Positions 26,301-32,000 of a stretch of DNA of 32,000 bases are shown piece after piece. Both the position numbers and the translations under genes were made by a program. Within the stretch, counting starts at the first letter, position 1. Every line of letters begins with the position of its first letter. A model generated the notes under the pieces. That model was given only the letters and a program-made list of their open reading frames with translations. It searched no databases and was not told where the DNA came from. The DNA comes from Candidatus Thorarchaeota archaeon (GTDB lineage: Archaea; Asgardarchaeota; Thorarchaeia; Thorarchaeales; Thorarchaeaceae), in the NCBI GenBank assembly GCA_008080745.1, contig SHMX01000004.1:180001-212000 (forward strand). Reading direction: 5' to 3'.

Positions 26301-27122
26301 AAATTTCTTCATAAGATGAACATCATATTCCGAATAGTTACTTGGCTTATTTGCTACCGTAATTTGCCCAATCACTTTCTTATGAAATATTATAGGTACC
26401 GCAACTGATCTTGTGATATGGATGTGTCCTTCCGGCACTGTGTTCTCTACATTCTTTACAACTACTCTCTTCTCAACTAGGGATTCTTTCCAGATTCCAC
26501 CCCAACTTTCAGGTTGAAAAATAATATCTTTGTCGGGAACCTGACACTTATCCCATATATCCCGAGTCATAGACGGACACACTAGCGCTCCATTCTCATC
26601 TATATATCCAAAATAGCCAAATTTACTTCTTGTTGACTTAAGAACGATATCCAATACCTCTGCAAAAACCTCATCGTCTTTTTCGGATAGAAATACCTCA
26701 AGAATCTCATTTCTCATCTTTATCTCAAAGAAGGACCTCTCAGGTTCAGTCACATCTGTTTCTCTATCTAATTCAGGAATACAAACAAGTCTGAACATTT
26801 CCGGGTTTTCTTTCAATTTCAGTCCAATTATCAGATAGGATTTTGATCTTCCATTTGCATGTAATATTGATGCAGATACGCCGATTGCTTCCTCATCGAT
26901 TCTCTCCAAAAAATCTTCTATTTGATCTTTCTCTGAGAGAGGAAGCATCCTTTCAGAGAACTTCTCACCTAGTACATCCCGAAGTTCATATCCTAATTTA
27001 GAGATACCACTTTCATTGATATTAATGATTGAACCATTTCTATCTAGAACTAACTCAATATCTTCATACCTCTTTTCGGTACTCTCTCTCAAAATTTTCA
27101 CCCTTGGAGATTCCTCTGACAT
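23364..27122 (-). CDS. Cytoplasmic hybrid sensor histidine kinase (PAS-GAF-PAS-GAF-GAF-PAS-HisKA-HATPase-REC)
   Basis: H-box AAGMAHDFSNIL, NLAINSRD, DNGPGI, FEPFFTTK, GSGLGL, and receiver LLVDDD...TDMMMPDMDG...MTG...KP. PAS/PAC (YDNDGNLIALEGIARDIT) and GAF (VPII...VIGQITVANK) repeats lie upstream. No TM segment seen. Confidence 0.93.
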   Translation of the reverse strand: MSEESPRVKILRESTEKRYEDIELVLDRNGSIININESGISKLGYELRDVLGEKFSERMLPLSEKDQIEDFLERIDEEAIGVSASILHANGRSKSYLIIGLKLKENPEMFRLVCIPELDRETDVTEPERSFFEIKMRNEILEVFLSEKDDEVFAEVLDIVLKSTRSKFGYFGYIDENGALVCPSMTRDIWDKCQVPDKDIIFQPESWGGIWKESLVEKRVVVKNVENTVPEGHIHITRSVAVPIIFHKKVIGQITVANKPSNYSEYDVHLMKKFADMIAPILHARLEIERGRDALETSESHLKLIAENAQDLIYRIRMIPELKFEYISPSATEMIGYSPQDHYDNPSLGSQIIHPEDKDKLQEMMHEVSSEPIIMRWVHKNGEIIWIEQNNTPIYDNDGNLIALEGIARDITKRKAAEDEIIQKKLLSDKLYDTANSILEYSDFADITTVIIEACKSITGATTGNIMIITDEEKQHEIDLMSSEDSIFIRNIDTYLSIKGLSEKVYRSREPLYENDLTHPEFYQTLPEHLVELENILCVPIVLEERTQGLIALSNKSEGFSNDDLEYVSAFANLAAIALQRIRTLETLEETNRSLERKSSEMQMLYSLSQEVGQTVSYEEVMPILHRHLNRSFNHDVSASLFIIEEQQYFMINPIRPISSKTELQIKQMLREGYLKLRAESTSELPEDPIVHVRTESPIEEKGHQLVEIQSTIKNPIVFPDTREVIGLVLLGSEKDNQFTEDDIRLLFTSMNQVSLVLQKISVLRSAEKERLASLIEHLPEGVLLINPDERILFQNKIAETYLDMVGIIDSDNSLLGIGNKALDDILNNYQENRAVEIQIQDPPRIFEVMTIPIQTGPQKGGWVLVIEDVTIMREIQERVSTQERLASVGQLAAGMAHDFSNILQGIIGFTELLQLKKIIPDDVMKDLKSIQSLANKGAELTHQILDFSKQSISEKKIVDLRKVIDEILSLLKTTIPSNIRLLTEYEVGNYTVMADPTQLHQVLMNLAINSRDVMPDGGIIKIKLSTSRNNPDDTESSSEEWIRLEVIDNGPGIEDSIVPHIFEPFFTTKDRAQGSGLGLAQVYGIIDIHNGTISVETELDSGTTFVIHLPMHHEVPVEQEKETKPDTDCSGISVLLVDDDEIVLEAISRMLERLGCQIYTASNGIMALEIYHKEKDNIDIIMTDMMMPDMDGIELAKKMASINPSVRMILMTGYPLGSKKDELQAIGLVTWVQKPVRMARIGELIKIHSIN

Positions 27123-27205
27123 GTAACATTACTAACTGTAATAGTGCGTTGTAAAATATCAATTTCGTGTGTACTACAATATTCAGAGATAATCAGTGGC
27201 TCAGA

Positions 27206-27727
27206 TTACAATTCTTCTTGGTAATCTTCCATGCACCTTTTGATTGTGTCATAAGCATCGGCTAACTCTCTAAAACGTTTAATTTCGGTATGCCCTCCCT
27301 CTTGAATTTTGTAAGTATCGTAGAAATGCTTGAGTTCTTCGATTTGACTTCTTGGAATGTCAACTATACTCTTGACATCTCGGTAATATGGTTCGTTTCT
27401 GGGGACAGCTATAATTTTGTCATCAATATGACCCATATCATACATTTCCATAATGCCAATTGGTCTGGCATGAACTAGACAAGAGGTGAAAGTAGGTTGA
27501 TTGATTAATAGGACAACATCCAGAGGATCTCCATCTGCATCAAGTGTTTGGGGGATAAAACCATAATCAAAGGGAGCAAATGTGTAAAGAACCCTGTCTA
27601 GTCTGAACACATTGAATTGGGTGTCATATTCATACTTGTTTTTACTTGCCCTAGTTAATTCTACTACCACATAAATTTCACTCGGTGGATCTGGACCCGC
27701 AGGTATGTCATGGAGGTAATTCGTCAA
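27206..27727 (-). CDS. ppa: Family I inorganic pyrophosphatase
   Basis: KNKYEY, FRLDRVL, YGFIPQT, the DGDPLD signature and DDKIIAV. Confidence 0.96.
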   Translation of the reverse strand: MTNYLHDIPAGPDPPSEIYVVVELTRASKNKYEYDTQFNVFRLDRVLYTFAPFDYGFIPQTLDADGDPLDVVLLINQPTFTSCLVHARPIGIMEMYDMGHIDDKIIAVPRNEPYYRDVKSIVDIPRSQIEELKHFYDTYKIQEGGHTEIKRFRELADAYDTIKRCMEDYQEEL

Positions 27728-27868
27728 GGGTTCGTAATCTCCATCCTATTTTGCTTTGATTATTCCTATAGGTGTTTCTGAACGAGTATTTCCAACAACC
27801 GACAAGCATTTCTTTATGAGTTTGTACACTAGTAATACTGCTGAGGAAAAAAAGAGGAAGATAATGGA

Positions 27869-28447
27869 ATGAGTTCGGAAAGTCATGATTCAGTACCAGA
27901 TTCTAGCGATGAAGAAAAATTTGATGTGGGTTCACTCTTCCGAGGCACTGCCACATTCACTTTTGTGATCGAGATTGTAAGCCTTATTATGTTACTAGGT
28001 TCTGGAGTAGCATATATTCTAAGCCGATCTGGACTTATCGAAACCCTGAATCCTGATGTGGCGATATTACTTCTCTTAGCAGGAGCTATGATCACCTTGT
28101 TCTTTTTCATGGGGACAATTGGATTCTTTATCCGATTCAATCGAAAAATATCGAAAATGGTAATCGGTGTTGGAATCGGAGAAGTAGATTTGAATCGTGG
28201 GCGTGTGAAGTCTGTTATCGTCCTATATGTACTGGCAATTGGACTTATTTTGATAATGGGAATGTATAGCTATTGGCTTGTCTACATATACTACTTGGTT
28301 GATTTTGTTGCCAACTCTTTGAGTGCTTTCGGATTGGTTCTATCATTTGGAATCTTTCTAATGGCATTTCTTTTGCAGATCGTGATTATCGCCTTAGGAA
28401 GAACCGCAACAAGGGTTGTAAGAGCTGTGCTTGCTGAGGATGTATGA
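27869..28447 (+). CDS. Hypothetical membrane protein (about 4 TM)
   Basis: 192 aa ORF with four long hydrophobic segments. No family recognised. Confidence 0.75.
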   Translation: MSSESHDSVPDSSDEEKFDVGSLFRGTATFTFVIEIVSLIMLLGSGVAYILSRSGLIETLNPDVAILLLLAGAMITLFFFMGTIGFFIRFNRKISKMVIGVGIGEVDLNRGRVKSVIVLYVLAIGLILIMGMYSYWLVYIYYLVDFVANSLSAFGLVLSFGIFLMAFLLQIVIIALGRTATRVVRAVLAEDV

Positions 28448-28504
28448 TAGCATACTATCTATTTCCCCATCTGCATACATCGTGGTATCTTCAAGTTGAT
28501 GATG

Positions 28505-28723
28505 CTAGATGATTTCGATTTTCATGATGCATTGTAGAGAAAAGTATGTATCTGGTTCTGCGTCTTCGTCTGTGGATACGGCAACAATGTCATTACCCAC
28601 AAAGACTACCTTGCCTTCAATGGGCGGCGCACCATAAATACCAGTTATTCGTATTTTTTCTCCCTTCTCTGCTATCTTATGCAAGATTGTTCGGATGGTG
28701 TCATGCTTCTCAAAATCAGTCAT
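28505..28723 (-). CDS. Small hypothetical protein, possibly Sm/SH3-like beta-barrel (start placed at ATG 28723)
   Basis: MTDFEKHDTIRTILHKIAEKGEKIRIT...IEGKVVFVGNDIVAV...YFSLQCIMKIEII shows a helix-then-beta-strands pattern. The fold is an inference. Confidence 0.55.
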   Translation of the reverse strand: MTDFEKHDTIRTILHKIAEKGEKIRITGIYGAPPIEGKVVFVGNDIVAVSTDEDAEPDTYFSLQCIMKIEII

Positions 28724-28855
28724 ATCTATACTAACGTTTCCCCAAAAATAAGCTTTGGCAAACATGAAACAGGGATATATTATATAGATTCCCTCATCTT
28801 CCATCGCCAGCAGATTTAATTATCTTGATACCCAGCGACTGCGAGAGGTAGTGTC

Positions 28856-30025
28856 ATGAAACCTAAACTCTGGCAGATTTCATATATTGTTGGAATCAGT
28901 ATTGTTTTGAGTCTATTTGGACTTAAGGCTATAGGTCTCCATTTTGCAGAGGACGTAGTTGCTTGGATTGAGTTAGCAGGCGGTGTCCTACTAATTGCCG
29001 GTTCTTGTGAGGCTTTTGTTCTTTCAGTTGAAGGTATCTCTCACAACATGAATATGACCGATTACGTTTCTGGAATCTATGCTAGTCTTGCTAGTCTCAT
29101 TCCTGAATTATGTGTTATCATCTTTCTTCTACTAGATGGGGATTTTGAGATGGCATGGGTATTAGCCCTAGCTACAATCTTCATGAACTCGTTGGTCTTT
29201 GCAATTTACACACTTGTATTACCAAAAGACAAAGATGGCAACTTCAAATTACCAGATGCTATCATGTGGGTTGGTTCGGACTTGTTGAGTATGGGTGCTA
29301 TGATTAGCATCTCAGTTGGTCTGTCAATGTTCATGGTCTTTGTGTTCTCTTTGGAGAATCCGTTTTTACCTAGATACCTTGATGCAAGGGAGCTCTTTGT
29401 CTTTGGAGGTGCACTTCTAGGAGTATTCGTTGCATACCTATATTGGATTACGAAATATTACGGCAAATGTGATCCTGAGGCTGAAGATCCTCATATGTCC
29501 TGTGAGATTCGACATGAAACTCTTTCAATGCAGAAATTAGGAATCTATCTCTTCTTTGCATCTCTTGGTGCTCTTCTTGGTGGGGAGGCGCTTTCAGGTT
29601 TTGCTAATTTTGCTACTGAAACACTGCATCTGAGCTTCATCCATGCTGCTTTATTGCTGGTGATATTTGGTGGTACGCCAGAATACATCATTGTTGCCAG
29701 CAGTCATAGAAAGCAAGAACTTGAGATTGCACTATCAAACGCTTTTGGTGGAATTGTTCAGGTGTTCTTTGTTATATTCGGCTTCACCTTGATCTTTGCA
29801 GGAATAATTTCAACGAATCTCGGTATTATGGATGTTATACCCATCGATCTCTTCTCAGTATTATTGGTATTCTTCGCATTCCCCTCAATGTTCATCCTGC
29901 GAATAATGATTGCAGATGATCAGAAAGTCAATGCATTAGAGAGTGTGGCGATGATCGCAGTATTCATCATGATGCTGTACATTCTTCTCGCCTATGGAGT
30001 ATATCCATTAGTTCCCCCATCATAA
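28856..30025 (+). CDS. Ca2+/cation antiporter (CaCA superfamily)
   Basis: About 11 TM segments with two alpha-repeat motifs, ASLASLIPEL and GGTPEY...ALSNAFGG. Confidence 0.85.
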   Translation: MKPKLWQISYIVGISIVLSLFGLKAIGLHFAEDVVAWIELAGGVLLIAGSCEAFVLSVEGISHNMNMTDYVSGIYASLASLIPELCVIIFLLLDGDFEMAWVLALATIFMNSLVFAIYTLVLPKDKDGNFKLPDAIMWVGSDLLSMGAMISISVGLSMFMVFVFSLENPFLPRYLDARELFVFGGALLGVFVAYLYWITKYYGKCDPEAEDPHMSCEIRHETLSMQKLGIYLFFASLGALLGGEALSGFANFATETLHLSFIHAALLLVIFGGTPEYIIVASSHRKQELEIALSNAFGGIVQVFFVIFGFTLIFAGIISTNLGIMDVIPIDLFSVLLVFFAFPSMFILRIMIADDQKVNALESVAMIAVFIMMLYILLAYGVYPLVPPS

Positions 30026-30030
30026 AAGAC

Positions 30031-30067
30031 AGGGGGTTCTTAACCCCCTCTTCTCTTTTCTACTTTT
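30031..30067 (+). terminator. Hairpin plus pyrimidine/U-tract terminator
   Basis: AGGGGGTT-CTT-AACCCCCT is a perfect 8 bp stem 5 nt after the stop, followed by CTTCTCTTTTCTACTTTT. Confidence 0.6.
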
Positions 30068-30138
30068 GATTGATGGAATGGTGAAAAACAGAGATGCCTC
30101 CAGAGCTATGAAAGCTCTAGAGGACTATAATTTGATTT

Positions 30139-31329
30139 TTAGATAATATCGAGTTTCTTACCAACTTTCTCATAAGCACTGAGAGATATATCGAGTTGTT
30201 CCTTGGTAAGACCCGAATTCATCATATTCCTGATACGGGCCTTATCTCGAGCAACCATTGGGAATACAATTGGGAGTGCAAGAATACCCTCTTCGTAGAG
30301 ACCCTCGCTCAAAGCAACTGCCTTTGAACTCTCTCCACACATTGCAGGAATAATGGGGGTTTGACTGTCGCCTGTGTCGAAACCCATATCTTCTAGACCC
30401 TTGATGAAGTACTCTCGGTTATCCCAGAGAGTCTTTACATGCTCTTCTTCAGTTTCTAGAACGTCTATAGCTGCAATACAAGCCGCTGCAGTTGCAGGTG
30501 GATGGGATGCACTAAGAAGCCAAGAACGGCTCTTATTATAGGCATAGTTGACCATATCTTGTGAACCTGAAACATGACCACCCATAACACCGAAAGCTTT
30601 GCTGAATGTACCCATTTCAAAGTGAACGTCGTGGTGACTCAAACCAAAGTGTGATACGATACCTCGTCCACCCTCTCCAAGAACAGCTTCACCATGAGCA
30701 TCATCCACATAGATCATCGCACCATGCTCTTTACCAAGTTTGACAATTTCATCTAGTGGCGCAATATCTCCATCCATGCTAAAGACACCATCTGTGATAA
30801 TGAGTATCTTCTCTGGATTTTCTTTCTCGGCTTCTTGTAAGACACGTTCAAGGTGTGCTGTATCACTGTGATTGTAAACATAACGCGTTGCTTTTGTTAG
30901 CCTAACACCATCAATGATACTTCCGTGGTTAAGTTCATCCGAAATAATTGCATCGCCTCTACCTACAAGTTGAGGTATCAATCCCTCATTTGTGGTGAAG
31001 CCTGCACTGTAAGTCAGGGATGCTTCTGCACCCTTAAATTTAGCAAGTCTTCGTTCAAGCTCAAGATGTACATCCATTGTTCCTGCTATCGCACGAACAG
31101 AACCAGAACCAGCACCATGACTCTTTATAGCTTCAATAGCAGCTTCTTTGAGCTTTGGATGATTGCTCAAATTCAGATAATTATTGCTACAGAGCATAAT
31201 GACCTCGTCACCATCAACAGTAGCTTTTGGTGTGCTTGGTCCTTGTAATTCTCGTATCTTCCAATCCAGATTCTGTGCCACAAGGTTCTGGTATTCTTCC
31301 TTCATCCATCCAATCGGGTTTCGTTTCAT
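30139..31329 (-). CDS. kbl: Glycine C-acetyltransferase / 8-amino-7-oxononanoate synthase family PLP enzyme (Kbl more likely, not separable from BioF by eye)
   Basis: SNNYLNL, GSGSVRAIAGT, SDELNHGSIIDG, TDGVFSMDGD, VDDAHG and the PLP lysine in GTFSKAFG. Confidence 0.88.
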   Translation of the reverse strand: MKRNPIGWMKEEYQNLVAQNLDWKIRELQGPSTPKATVDGDEVIMLCSNNYLNLSNHPKLKEAAIEAIKSHGAGSGSVRAIAGTMDVHLELERRLAKFKGAEASLTYSAGFTTNEGLIPQLVGRGDAIISDELNHGSIIDGVRLTKATRYVYNHSDTAHLERVLQEAEKENPEKILIITDGVFSMDGDIAPLDEIVKLGKEHGAMIYVDDAHGEAVLGEGGRGIVSHFGLSHHDVHFEMGTFSKAFGVMGGHVSGSQDMVNYAYNKSRSWLLSASHPPATAAACIAAIDVLETEEEHVKTLWDNREYFIKGLEDMGFDTGDSQTPIIPAMCGESSKAVALSEGLYEEGILALPIVFPMVARDKARIRNMMNSGLTKEQLDISLSAYEKVGKKLDII

Positions 31330-31432
31330 ATCTTTTCACCGAATTGTCGTACGTTCCAACACTAAGACTATCGTACGGGCTGGCCTGAAAAATTGAACTA
31401 TATATGGGCTTCGCTCACGGAGAAAATTTCAA

Positions 31433-31473
31433 TTTGTAAAAAATAAAAAGTGAGGCTCTCAGAAGAGAACCTC
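31433..31473 (-). terminator. Hairpin plus U-tract terminator on the minus strand
   Basis: Minus strand reads GAGGTTCTC-TTCT-GAGAGCCTC (9 bp with one U-G pair) then ACTTTTTATTTTTT, 10 nt after the stop at 31484. Confidence 0.6.
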
Positions 31474-31483
31474 TTAGTGTTCA

Positions 31484-32000
31484 TTACTTGGCATGTTTCT
31501 TAGCTTCATCAATCCATTTCTCGACCATATCAAGAGTGAATGTGTATCCCTCGGGGACTTTAACATGACCCAGCTCAACAGCTCTCTGAATATCCTCAAG
31601 GAGTTCTTGTGCATTAGCTATTGCAAGTTCTCCGAGTCCAAGAATACCGCCTCCATAGACGATTGCTTCTGCATCCTCTTCTGAAACTGATTTCAACCAC
31701 GCAAATCTACTCATGGCAATCCATCGGGATGCTATATCCTCGCCTACACCACAAATCTTCGCAACTTTTTCTGCATCCGCTTTCAGAAGGTCGTGAACTG
31801 TTTTGATTCCAGCATTTCTGAGATCTTCACCATAAGCTTTTCCAATACCTTCAATGGTTTCAATCGGTAGTGTTTCTAATACTGCATCCGGTATCTCTAC
31901 CTCTGGAACATATTCCTCAACAGGTGTTACCTTCTTCTTTGCTACTGCACGTGATTCAACAACCTCTCCAGCAGTTGAATCTTTACTGCAGACAACTCCA
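31484..32000 (-). CDS. DUF4332-like helix-hairpin-helix protein, C-terminal part (runs off the window end)
   Basis: The frame of the 76 aa track ORF stays open to the window edge: GVVCSKD...LPIETIEGIGKAYGEDLRNAGIKTVHDLL...ICGVGEDIASRWIAMSRFAWLKSV...VEKWIDEAK, with two HhH motifs. Confidence 0.75.
   Translation of the reverse strand, partial: GVVCSKDSTAGEVVESRAVAKKKVTPVEEYVPEVEIPDAVLETLPIETIEGIGKAYGEDLRNAGIKTVHDLLKADAEKVAKICGVGEDIASRWIAMSRFAWLKSVSEEDAEAIVYGGGILGLGELAIANAQELLEDIQRAVELGHVKVPEGYTFTLDMVEKWIDEAKKHAK

Noticed and set aside
4-31806. Short track ORFs overlapping longer genes (e.g. 4-201, 246-449, 2419-2601, 2553-2852, 4232-4531, 6542-6787, 19076-19600, 20603-21055, 25657-25989, 30925-31248, 31621-31806)
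   Set aside because: They lie antisense or out of frame within well-supported genes and carry no recognisable motifs, so they are treated as shadow ORFs.
1-32000. CRISPR array, rRNA, prophage, integrase or transposase genes
   Set aside because: No regularly spaced repeats, rRNA-like sequence or matching protein motifs were seen.

Overview
AT-rich archaeal chromosomal window. The gene content (Rab-like GTPase, several longin-domain proteins, GTPase-longin fusions, archaeal-type tRNA, DUF4332) points to an Asgard archaeon, probably Thorarchaeia (inference, no search run). It holds about 27 coding regions. Housekeeping genes are partial cysS, tRNA-Cys, nadA, an NAD kinase-HTH fusion, ppa, kbl-like, a HAD hydrolase and a CaCA exchanger. 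There are two histidine kinases, a complete AlkB-type alkane monooxygenase, and an orphan BsaI/Eco31I-type methyltransferase pair (m6A plus circularly permuted m5C). Main points for follow-up: (1) two tandem paralogues built as longin-GTPase-longin-NPRL2-like tandem winged helix, one with an intact GTPase and one a motif-less pseudoGTPase; (2) an unannotated ~200 bp non-autonomous mobile element in two copies (6180-6369 and 20861-21050, 168/190 identical) with inverted TGGACA-N4-TGGACA motifs, where one copy has an 8 bp target duplication and splits a small membrane-protein gene; (3) alkB in a lineage usually regarded as anaerobic; (4) an NAD kinase-wHTH gene divergent from nadA with palindromes between them. 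Family assignments rest on motifs read by eye and on recalled sequences, not on database searches.
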